Source of the DNA: Myxococcales bacterium
Lineage (GTDB): Bacteria; Myxococcota_A; Polyangia; Polyangiales; Polyangiaceae
DNA: 45,897 nucleotides
NCBI GenBank assembly: GCA_043753085.1
Contig: JAYUXI010000488.1
Coordinates: 1-45,897 of the forward strand
Direction: 5' to 3'
Made by a program: the position numbers and the translations under genes. The number at the start of each line of letters is the position of its first letter. The first letter of the stretch is position 1. Positions 17,599-25,793 of this stretch are shown one piece after another. Under the pieces are notes generated by a model that saw only the letters and a program-made list of their open reading frames with translations, made no database searches and was not told where the DNA came from.

Positions 17599-18633
17599 AT
17601 GATCGTGCGGACCACCTTGTGCTTGTGTTTGTGCTCGCTGCTCGCCTGCGACACGAAGGAGCCGGCGCCCGCCAAGCCTGCGCCCCGTGCGCCCGCAATG
17701 GTGGCGGCTGCCACGCCCGCCACGGCGTCGTCGGCCATTCCGATCCCCACGCCGAAGGACGGCGTCGTCGAGGCGGCGGCGGCCGACGCGCTGCTCACGC
17801 TGGGCGCGCCGTCTCTCGTGCGCGTCCTGAATGCCGGCGCCGAGCCGCGCGTGCTGCTGCGCTACGAGGTGCCCGCGGGAAGCAAGCAGTCGACCGACAT
17901 GCGCATGGCGATGGAGCTCGAGATGCGTGCCGCGGGCAACGACTTGCCGCGGCAGAAAGTCCCCGATCTGGTGATGCGCATGGATCTCGTGGCCGCCACG
18001 CGCGACGCATCGGGCGTGCGGGTCGACGGCGTGATCTCGAAGGTGACCACGGAGCCCAAGTCCGACGACGAGAAGAAGCTCGCGCGGTCGATGGCCAAGG
18101 CTCTCGCCGGGATTCAGGGCCTCAGGGTTTCGTACGTGGCCACTCCCGAAGGCCGCGTGCGCGACATCACCATCGCGGCCGGTGCCGCCGTGGACCCGAG
18201 GTCGCTGGAGATGCTCGACCAGATGAAGCAATCGTTCGATTCGATGGTGGTGCCCCTGCCGAACGAGCCGGTCGGCGTGGGCGCGGCCTGGCAGGTGGTC
18301 GGGCGCATGAAGGCCGGCGCCGAGGTGCTGCAGTTCTCCACGTACACGCTGCGCAAGCTAGAGGTCGGCAAGAGCAGCCCGATCGTCGAGCTCGACAGCG
18401 AGCTCGTTCAGCTGGCTGCGGCCCGCGCCATGTCCGTGCCCGGCAACGGCGCCACCGGCAAGCTCGAGGAGTTTCGCAGCTCGGGCAAGGGCAGCATCCG
18501 CGCCGATCTAGGCAAGCTGGTACCCGAGCGTGCCACCGGCGACGTGCAGGGGCACGTGATCAGCACCGTCCCCGGCTTCGGCATCATGACCGTCGACACC
18601 ACCATGAACCTGCAGTTCGTGCCGGTGAAGTGA
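17599..18633 (+). CDS. hypothetical lipoprotein
   Basis: It starts 'MIVRTTLCLCLCSLLAC' with a lipobox, followed by a Pro/Ala linker and then a globular domain. The frame is GC3-rich. Confidence 0.6.
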   Translation: MIVRTTLCLCLCSLLACDTKEPAPAKPAPRAPAMVAAATPATASSAIPIPTPKDGVVEAAAADALLTLGAPSLVRVLNAGAEPRVLLRYEVPAGSKQSTDMRMAMELEMRAAGNDLPRQKVPDLVMRMDLVAATRDASGVRVDGVISKVTTEPKSDDEKKLARSMAKALAGIQGLRVSYVATPEGRVRDITIAAGAAVDPRSLEMLDQMKQSFDSMVVPLPNEPVGVGAAWQVVGRMKAGAEVLQFSTYTLRKLEVGKSSPIVELDSELVQLAAARAMSVPGNGATGKLEEFRSSGKGSIRADLGKLVPERATGDVQGHVISTVPGFGIMTVDTTMNLQFVPVK

Positions 18634-18639
18634 GGATTG

Positions 18640-19614
18640 CTAGTTGAGCGTACTGGGCGCTTCCGGAAGGGTCTGCAGGAACATCGTGCTGATCTCGCGC
18701 TCGAGCGCCATCGTGATCTCCGCGTCGAGACTGTCTTCGCTGCGGGCCACGCGCTCGACGTTGCGCTGGTAGACGAACAGGCGCAGCGATTTTTCGTCGA
18801 TGCGGTCCAGAAAGACCAGTGCCCGTGGCTCCACGCCGTCCACCACGACCTCGGGGCCGGGTGCATCGACCACGAACACGGCCGCGTCGGTCACGTGGCG
18901 CGCGAACGCTGGTTCCAGGCGATCGAGGGCGCGCTCGACGGTGGAGGCGAACACCTCGGGTGCTTCGGTCCACGGTGGCGGCGGAAAATGCGCGTCGAGG
19001 GCGCGGGTACGCAAAAAGTGGAACGTGGCGGCGGCGAGATCGCTTTGCTCTTCGGCGACGAGTCCAAGGTGGTAGTGGGCGTCTGCGTGGTCGGGCTCGG
19101 CCTTCACGGCTTCCTTGAACAGGGGCAGCGCTTCGTCCGACTTGCCGAGCTCGTAGAGCGCGCGGCCGACCGAGAACGAGTGCCCACCGTTGGTGTACGG
19201 GCCGTCGGGAGCGGCGCGGAGCGTGCGGAGTGCACCGTCGTCGTCACCCTTGCCGAGCTGCGCGTCGACCTTGAGAAGCAGGCAGTCGAGGCGCTCTTCG
19301 TCGGTCTCGGCGAGCTCGTAGGCTTCGTCGCAGTGGCTGATCGCGTCGGCCCAGGACTCCATCGACAGCAGCACCTCGGCGGCGTTGAGCATGGCCTCGA
19401 AGTAGTTTTCGTCGAGCGCAATGGCTTGCCGGTAGTGCTCGAGCGCTTCGTCGGCTTCGCCAGCGAGCGCCGCGCTGTAACCGAGGAGGTTGTGCACCTC
19501 CGGGGCGTCCGGATCGAGCTCGAGTGCGCGGCGCGCGCACGCTTCTGCGCCCGCCGCGTCGCCACGCTGTGCGAGATCCCATCCACGATCGAGGTGCGCC
19601 GAGAGTTGGTCCAA
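18640..19614 (-). CDS. TPR-repeat protein with a C-terminal zincin-like (DUF1025-type) domain lacking the HExxH histidines
   Basis: The N-terminal half contains several 34-aa TPR-like units ('A...Y..AL.LDP....A...LG'). The C-terminal part 'FASTVERALDRLEPAFARHV..AAVFVVDAPGP...LFVYQRNVERV...EITMALEREISTMF' resembles the minimal metallopeptidase fold. The start is TTG. Confidence 0.6.
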   Translation of the reverse strand: MDQLSAHLDRGWDLAQRGDAAGAEACARRALELDPDAPEVHNLLGYSAALAGEADEALEHYRQAIALDENYFEAMLNAAEVLLSMESWADAISHCDEAYELAETDEERLDCLLLKVDAQLGKGDDDGALRTLRAAPDGPYTNGGHSFSVGRALYELGKSDEALPLFKEAVKAEPDHADAHYHLGLVAEEQSDLAAATFHFLRTRALDAHFPPPPWTEAPEVFASTVERALDRLEPAFARHVTDAAVFVVDAPGPEVVVDGVEPRALVFLDRIDEKSLRLFVYQRNVERVARSEDSLDAEITMALEREISTMFLQTLPEAPSTLN

Positions 19615-19799
19615 AGGACCGCTATTCTTTGGCTACTTCACGCGTCCCGTCAAGAGTCCGTGGGATATCCGATCGCTTCGCGAGCGGTCTCGAGCGCTTC
19701 GGGTTCTGCATCCGCGGAAAGCGCCATCGCGAGTTCGCGGGGGGCGGCAGCTGGGTGATCGGGTCGACGGCCAGCATGGGGCGCGAGCTCGCGTGATAT

Positions 19800-21584
19800 T
19801 CAGTCGTGGACGACGACCATGGTGCCCGGCTTTTCCGCGGTGGACCAGGTGGCGTGCCAGCCGCGGGGCAGCTTCGGCTCGGTCCAGTCGAACACGGCTT
19901 TTGCGTCGACCGGTGCGAGGTTCACGCAGCCGTGGCTCTTCTTGCGGCCGAACTCCGCGTGCCAGAACGCGCCGTGCAGCGCGTAGCTGGCGTTGAAGTA
20001 CTGGATCCAGGGCACGTCCTCGATCGAGTAGGGCCCGTCCGACGCGACGTCGCCGTCCATGGTGGAGGCCACGTGTTTCTCGCGGATGCGCCAGGAGCCG
20101 GTGGGGGTGGGGTGATCTTGGGCCTTGTCCGAGCTGGTGCGGCCGGAAGAGACGATGGTGCCGAATACGGCCTTGTCGCCCACGTACGCGATCAGGGTCT
20201 GGCTGGCGATGCTGACGTCGATCCACTTTTCGTTTTCGCCGACGCCCGGCGGCCGCGCGGCGGCCTTCGAGCGCGTGCCTTCGGAGGCCTTCATCCAGTA
20301 GCCGAAGGTGCTCTCGTCGTACCGGCTGCCCTTGATGGTGACGGTTTTGCCGGTGAGCGGAGCGCGCGACAAACGCGGAAGATCGCCCGACACGGAGACG
20401 GATTTTTCGTCGTTGCCGACGGTATACTGTTTGCCCTTGTTGGTGAGGATGAAGCCGAACAGACCGTTTTCACCAGCCTTCGGGCGGACCGCTTCGACCT
20501 CGGCAATGGGCTTGGGCGGCGTGCCGATCAGCACCTTCACGTACGACGCCGGATCGGCGCCTTCGCTCCAGAGGCCGTGGTAGTCGGTCGGCTGCTTCCA
20601 GAGCATTACCCGGTCGGCCGGAGCGATGACGGCCTGGGTGGTGCGGTACCAGCGGCTGCCGTTCGACGAAAACGGACGGTCGAGCGACAGGAAGAAGCCG
20701 CGAACCATGCGCTTGAGGACCGGGCCGCCCTCGTCGCCCCGCAGATCGTCCAAGGTGACTTTCGGCTTGGCTCCGCCATCGTAGCTTTGCATGTACCAGG
20801 GCGAAGCACTGGCGGTGGACTCGGCGGCAGCAGGGGAAATCGCCGCGGTGAGCGTGGTGGTGCCGTCCGTCGACGCCGCGGCGCGCTCGAGGGTGTCGTC
20901 CGGCTTGGGCTTGGGCTTGGGTGCGAGCCACGGCTCGGCTGCGATGCGCTCTTCGCGCGACGGCACGCTGCCGTACACCGGCGTTCCGTTGGCTGTATTG
21001 TACCCATATTCGTAGGGCAGGGCGCGATCCTCGAAGGGCGCGTGCGGGGCGTGGCGCAGCTTGGGGTGCGCCATGTCGAGCGTGGCGTACTTGCCACAGA
21101 CGTATCCGCCGCTTGCGCTGGCGCTTCCCGGCTGCGCCGCCGGATCGGCGACCAGCTCGTACCAGCCGCCCTCGCAGTTGCTCTTGGGGATCGGCGTCGG
21201 CTTGACCGGCACCTTGCCGCCCTGTCGGATGTAGCCGATCATCTTGCTCTTCGAGCCGCCCTTCGAGCCCTCCTTGGCGGGCCACTCCGGCTCGCTGTAG
21301 ATTGGCGTCTGGAAGAACAGTGCCCCGAGCAGCGGGCCCGAGTACGGCGGGGGATCGTCGTTGACCGGACCTTCGGTGCCGGAGGCGACGTTGGCGAGGG
21401 AGTCGTCGGCGCGGTCGTCGCCTGGTTTTGAGCCGCCGGAGCCGTCGCCTCTCGGAGGCAAGGCGGGAGCGGCCGCGGTGGCAGCCTGCGGCAGGGCCTC
21501 CGGCGCGTCTTTCTTGCATCCCGTCGAGGTGGCGAGTGCCGTGGCGAGCAGAAAGAGAAGCGTTCCGGGCGGAGAAGGGCGCAT
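19800..21584 (-). CDS. L,D-transpeptidase (YkuD domain) lipoprotein
   Basis: It has the lipobox 'LATALATSTGC' and the C-terminal 'YALHGAFWHAEFGRKKSHGCVNLAPVDAKAVFDW', which carries the H..G...SHGC catalytic motif. Confidence 0.85.
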   Translation of the reverse strand: MRPSPPGTLLFLLATALATSTGCKKDAPEALPQAATAAAPALPPRGDGSGGSKPGDDRADDSLANVASGTEGPVNDDPPPYSGPLLGALFFQTPIYSEPEWPAKEGSKGGSKSKMIGYIRQGGKVPVKPTPIPKSNCEGGWYELVADPAAQPGSASASGGYVCGKYATLDMAHPKLRHAPHAPFEDRALPYEYGYNTANGTPVYGSVPSREERIAAEPWLAPKPKPKPDDTLERAAASTDGTTTLTAAISPAAAESTASASPWYMQSYDGGAKPKVTLDDLRGDEGGPVLKRMVRGFFLSLDRPFSSNGSRWYRTTQAVIAPADRVMLWKQPTDYHGLWSEGADPASYVKVLIGTPPKPIAEVEAVRPKAGENGLFGFILTNKGKQYTVGNDEKSVSVSGDLPRLSRAPLTGKTVTIKGSRYDESTFGYWMKASEGTRSKAAARPPGVGENEKWIDVSIASQTLIAYVGDKAVFGTIVSSGRTSSDKAQDHPTPTGSWRIREKHVASTMDGDVASDGPYSIEDVPWIQYFNASYALHGAFWHAEFGRKKSHGCVNLAPVDAKAVFDWTEPKLPRGWHATWSTAEKPGTMVVVHD

Positions 21585-21728
21585 GGTCGTCTTTCGGAGT
21601 TAGCGAAGGTCTCGCACGTTTGCGAGTTTTCGGCAGGAGCCCGCACGGGAAGTACTAGGCTGGGCCCCGTGAGGCCGAACGCGATCCGTAGCTCCGCCTA
21701 TTCCGCTCGCAACCGCGGGAACGCGTAG

Positions 21729-23135
21729 ATGGGCACAGGTCGCCGACTCGGCGAAGGTGCGGCCGAGTTCGCGCCCACCGCGCCGCATGCCACCCCGGCC
21801 GGCAAGGCTGCGCACAAGCGCGCCAAGGTGGGCAGGATCTGGCGGCCGTTGCGCGTCGTCACGGCGGCGGCCCTGATGCTCTCGCTCGCTCTGCATCTCG
21901 GTCTTGCGGTGCGGGCAATGAACAGCTCGGTCGACCTGGAGCTCAAAGACAACGACGACGCGCTGACCATCCCGGTCGACATGTTCGAGGAAGGGCAGCC
22001 CCCTCCGCCACCGGAAGCGCCCAAGGTCACGAGCCCGAGCGGCGGCAGCGGCGACGGCCCCGGCTTCGACGCCGGAAGCAAACCCGTGCGGGATGCGGGG
22101 AGTCCCGCGCTGCAAGATGCCGGGGCGGACGCAGCCCCCAAGCCGGCGCGCGACGCCGGCACCGCCGTTCCGCTCGGCACCGATCTCGACGCCGGCGCTG
22201 CGGGAGATGCGGGCGCGGCCGACGCCGGCGCGGGCAGCGGCGCCGGGCCGCGGGATCCGGCCAGCATCGTCGGCATGCCGGGCCTGGTGAGCGCGGGACC
22301 GGTGAACGTCACGCTGTTGGTCAACATGGCGGCCATCCGCAACCACCCGATCGGCCGGCGGCTCGGCCCGTTCCTCTCGGCCATTCCACAGTGGGCGAGC
22401 TTCATCCACGGCCACGAGACCCTGGTTGATCCGATGCGCGACACCGACTGGGTCATGGTCTACGGGCCATCGCTCATCCGCACCGAAAAGGATGCGGTGC
22501 TGGTGCACTACTCGGTCCCGGACGCCGTGGTCGACGGCGCCATCGAGATCATGTCGAAGCAGTACGACAAGGGCGGACCGTTCGACACGGGGGTGCCCGG
22601 CGTCAAGGCGTCGCTCGGTCACGCCGACAACGCCGAGCGCGTTTTCTTGCGCGCGTCGTCGAAGCTGCTTGCGGTGGTGCCGCCGGACCGCGCCAAAGAA
22701 TTTGCCCGGCTGCTCAAGTCCAAGGGGGCCAAGCCCCGCATCAATCCCGCGGAAGCGATGCGGCTGATCGTGCACGCGCCGCACCGGCAGATCTCGATCC
22801 GGGGCTTGAAGTTCCCCACCGAGCTCGACGAGCTGCGCATCTGGATCGTGCCCAACGCCGACGGCAGCGCCGACGTCTTTGCCGAAGGCACGGTCATCCC
22901 AGCCGCCGCCTGCCCCGACGTGGCCACGTTCATGTCCGACGTCATCAAAAAGAGCAACCAGGCCACCATCGCCGGCCTGTTCACCATCAGCGGCATCACC
23001 GGCGGCCTGCTCGACAACGTGAGCATCGCCTGCGAGGAGGGCGTGCCGAAGGCGCACGTCGTGGCAACCAAGCGGCAGCTCGAGAAGATTCTCGCCGCGG
23101 CCTCCATGGGCACCGGCATCCAGCCCAGTCCCTGA
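21729..23135 (+). CDS. hypothetical membrane-anchored protein with a DAG/Pro-rich linker
   Basis: It has one TM/signal-anchor segment 'VVTAAALMLSLALHLGLAV', repeated 'DAG(S/A/T)' low complexity and then a ~300-aa globular region. The frame is GC3-rich and I recognise no family. Confidence 0.55.
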   Translation: MGTGRRLGEGAAEFAPTAPHATPAGKAAHKRAKVGRIWRPLRVVTAAALMLSLALHLGLAVRAMNSSVDLELKDNDDALTIPVDMFEEGQPPPPPEAPKVTSPSGGSGDGPGFDAGSKPVRDAGSPALQDAGADAAPKPARDAGTAVPLGTDLDAGAAGDAGAADAGAGSGAGPRDPASIVGMPGLVSAGPVNVTLLVNMAAIRNHPIGRRLGPFLSAIPQWASFIHGHETLVDPMRDTDWVMVYGPSLIRTEKDAVLVHYSVPDAVVDGAIEIMSKQYDKGGPFDTGVPGVKASLGHADNAERVFLRASSKLLAVVPPDRAKEFARLLKSKGAKPRINPAEAMRLIVHAPHRQISIRGLKFPTELDELRIWIVPNADGSADVFAEGTVIPAAACPDVATFMSDVIKKSNQATIAGLFTISGITGGLLDNVSIACEEGVPKAHVVATKRQLEKILAAASMGTGIQPSP

Positions 23136-23193
23136 GCCGGCGCGCGCCAAGAGGCACTTGAACACACGGGTGCCGGCGCGCTATCGATGCGCG

Positions 23194-23694
23194 ATGCGTT
23201 CGTTTTCCGTTTGTTTCTCGGCCCTGATGCTTTCCCTCGCCGCGTGCTCCAACACCGTCGCCGAACCCAAGGGCGACAACTCGCAGAACAAGCCCAGCGC
23301 TGCCCCGCCGCTACCGCCCGGACCCGAGAAGCTCGTAATCGTCGACGAGAGCGTCGGCACCGGCCCCGAGGTGAAGAACGGCGACTCGGTCAAGGTGCAT
23401 TATACAGGCACCCTGACGAATGGTAAGCAGTTCGACTCTTCGCGTGACAAGGGCAAGCCGTTCGAGTTCAAGGTCGGCACCAGTGCCGTCATCAAGGGCT
23501 GGGATCAAGGCGTGCTCGGCATGAAGGTGGGTGGCAAGCGCAAGCTCGAGATCCCGGCCAACCTCGGCTACGGCGATTCGGGTCACCCGCCCACGATCCC
23601 GGGCGGCGCCGGCCTCAAGTTCGACGTCGAGCTGATCGAGATCGTCGGTCCGGCGGACGCCGGCGCAAAGCCCAAGGGTGACGCGGGCAAGTAG
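23194..23694 (+). CDS. FKBP-type peptidyl-prolyl cis-trans isomerase lipoprotein
   Basis: It starts 'MRSFSVCFSALMLSLAAC' with a lipobox. It has the FKBP core 'VKVHYTGTLTNGKQFDSSRDKGKPFEFKVG...VIKGWDQGVLGMKVGGKRKLEIP..LGYG' followed later by 'LKFDVELIEI'. Confidence 0.9.
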   Translation: MRSFSVCFSALMLSLAACSNTVAEPKGDNSQNKPSAAPPLPPGPEKLVIVDESVGTGPEVKNGDSVKVHYTGTLTNGKQFDSSRDKGKPFEFKVGTSAVIKGWDQGVLGMKVGGKRKLEIPANLGYGDSGHPPTIPGGAGLKFDVELIEIVGPADAGAKPKGDAGK

Positions 23695-25281
23695 TCAGCC
23701 GAGCACCGACGACGCGGGCGGCGCGTCGTCGCGCAACGCCACGATGGCACGGGCCAGCTCGTCGCGCGCGCGAGGGTCCATGGGCCCGACGTAAAGCGGC
23801 GCGCGCCGGGTGACCACCAGCAGGCCCTTGCGGTACGGCGTGGGCTCCTCGTGCACGTCGCTCCAGGGGTAGCTGGCGCCGGCAAAGCGCAAGCCGTGGC
23901 GGTCGACCTCTACGTCGAGCGGCAGGGTTTCGGTGACGGCGACGCCGGTGGCTGCCAGCAGCACCACCAGCGCCGCAGTCGACAGCGCGAACACGATCAG
24001 CGCGGTCGGGTGTACGGCCCGGAAGATCGACGAGAACGTCACGAGCGCGAAGGCGCAGACGAAAAAGGCGCCGAGCGCGATGGCAAATCGAACCCTGCTG
24101 CCGGTGCCGAAGCGACGGCAGTCCGGAACTTCCTGCTCTCGCGCGCGCAAGGCGGCCCGGGTGCGCGCGGGGCCGTGCCGCAAGGTGCTGCGCAGGCCGG
24201 CAAATAGAAACAGCGACAGGCCCGCCACGGCGCACGGCAAGATCAGGCTGGCCGGTCCCTGGGCCGAGACCGACAGCACGTCGAAACCGGCGTGCAGCAC
24301 CGCCGCGAGCAGCGCCGCCGGCCAGACGCGCACGCCCCGGACCACCAGGCGCTCGCCCAGTTTCCGGCCCCAGATCGAGGCCAGGAACACGTGTGTCGGC
24401 ACCGCTACGAAAGCGCGCCCGACCACCAGCGCGGGCGCCAGGTTGCCGTCGGCGAAATAGCGGATGTTCTCCGCCGCAGCGAAGCCCAGCGCAATCGATG
24501 CAGCATACACGATGCCGTCCACTGGCTCGTCGAACTCGCGGCGGCGTGACACCGCGAAAGAGAACGCGGCGAGCTTGGCGGCTTCTTCGACTACCCCGGC
24601 GTAGAGCAGCGCCACCAGGCAACCGAGGGTCCATTCGCCAGGGCTGGCGTCGCCTTCCGCGAGCCGCTGCAGCGCCGCGGGAACTTCGGGAAACTGGTGC
24701 GCCACCAGCCATTGCACCGTGCCGGCCGCCCACGCGGCACAGAGGCCGCCGCCAAAAGCGAGCAGGATCAGCAGCCACGGTTCCGGGTGCGCCCGGTCGA
24801 AGCGGCGCACGAACACCAGCCACAGGAGCGACACCACCACCGGCAGCGCAAAGGTGACCAGGCTGGTGCGGATGGCCGAACGTTCGCTGACCAAGCGCAG
24901 CTCGGGCGCGCGACGTTCGATTCCGCGTTTGGCGCGCTCGATGCGCGTGTCGTCCACGTCGACGACGAGGCTGCCATCCGCATCGAGCTCGACGTCGGCA
25001 CGCCCCCGCACGGCTTTTTTTACACGCTCGGCGACCTCCGCCATCGTGCGTCCGGGCGCTACGGCCGGCTGAGTTCCCAGCGTGCCCGCCGATTCGGCCA
25101 GGGTGTAGGTCAGCGTGACGTAGGTCTTGCCGAGAAACAGGCGGACCGGCAGCAGTGACAGCAGAATCGCCACGAGCGCAGACACCAGCAACGTGGGCGC
25201 CAGGCGTGCACCGTGCGGCGCCCGCGAAGGCGGCCGCAATCGCGGCGCGCGCGCGGTGCGAGGCGAAGAACCGGAAGCCAT
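23695..25281 (-). CDS. PrsW-family intramembrane protease with extra N- and C-terminal regions
   Basis: It has the 'VVEEAAKLAAF' (EExxK), 'ALGFAAAENIRY' and 'AVLHAGFDVL' (HxxxD) motifs within a multi-TM core. It also has a ~150-aa N-terminal extracytoplasmic segment, further C-terminal TM helices and a soluble tail. Confidence 0.75.
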   Translation of the reverse strand: MASGSSPRTARAPRLRPPSRAPHGARLAPTLLVSALVAILLSLLPVRLFLGKTYVTLTYTLAESAGTLGTQPAVAPGRTMAEVAERVKKAVRGRADVELDADGSLVVDVDDTRIERAKRGIERRAPELRLVSERSAIRTSLVTFALPVVVSLLWLVFVRRFDRAHPEPWLLILLAFGGGLCAAWAAGTVQWLVAHQFPEVPAALQRLAEGDASPGEWTLGCLVALLYAGVVEEAAKLAAFSFAVSRRREFDEPVDGIVYAASIALGFAAAENIRYFADGNLAPALVVGRAFVAVPTHVFLASIWGRKLGERLVVRGVRVWPAALLAAVLHAGFDVLSVSAQGPASLILPCAVAGLSLFLFAGLRSTLRHGPARTRAALRAREQEVPDCRRFGTGSRVRFAIALGAFFVCAFALVTFSSIFRAVHPTALIVFALSTAALVVLLAATGVAVTETLPLDVEVDRHGLRFAGASYPWSDVHEEPTPYRKGLLVVTRRAPLYVGPMDPRARDELARAIVALRDDAPPASSVLG

Positions 25282-25376
25282 GCAGCCGCGCCAGCTTAGT
25301 GCAGCGAGCGGCGTTCCGGGGGAACGACAATTTTGCCCGCGGGTCGCCGGGCCGGCGGTGTAGGGTGCCCGGCACG

Positions 25377-25643
25377 ATGGCCGATCCCAAAGTGCTCTAC
25401 GCCGTAGTTTCCGTGGTGTTCGCGGGCCTGATGGTCTGGCTCGCGTTCGTGTTCCGCACCGCCAAGGAGCCGTGGGCCGTGGCGCCGGTCGCGGCCCCGC
25501 CCGCCGCCGCGAAAGCCGAGCCCGAAGCCGCTCCAGTCGACGACGATGAAGACGACGAAGACGACGCGGACGGCGAGAATGTCACCACCAAGAACGACAT
25601 CGCCACCGAAGCGGCGATCGAAGAGGCAAAAAAGAGCGTCTGA
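25377..25643 (+). CDS. small single-pass membrane protein with an acidic tail (88 aa)
   Basis: It has the TM segment 'VLYAVVSVVFAGLMVWLAFVF' and then 'DDDEDDEDDADGE'. I chose the ATG at 25377, and a hairpin follows the stop. Confidence 0.5.
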   Translation: MADPKVLYAVVSVVFAGLMVWLAFVFRTAKEPWAVAPVAAPPAAAKAEPEAAPVDDDEDDEDDADGENVTTKNDIATEAAIEEAKKSV

Positions 25644-25651
25644 AACCAAGA

Positions 25652-25681
25652 AAACGCCCGGGCCGTGTGGTCCGGGCGTTT
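25652..25681. terminator. stem-loop between convergent genes (possible bidirectional terminator)
   Basis: The stem is AAACGCCCGG (25652-25661) paired with CCGGGCGTTT (25672-25681), with a 10-nt loop. On the minus strand it is followed by TCTTGGTTT. The T tracts are short. Confidence 0.55.
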
Positions 25682-25793
25682 GCTGCGCTGCGCGCTCTCC
25701 GCGCAGAGTCCGTGCACCACCGTCCTCACGGACTCTTCCTCGCGCTGGAGTCGGCTACGCCGGCGTTCGCATCGCTCGCTCGCTAGCTAGTGC

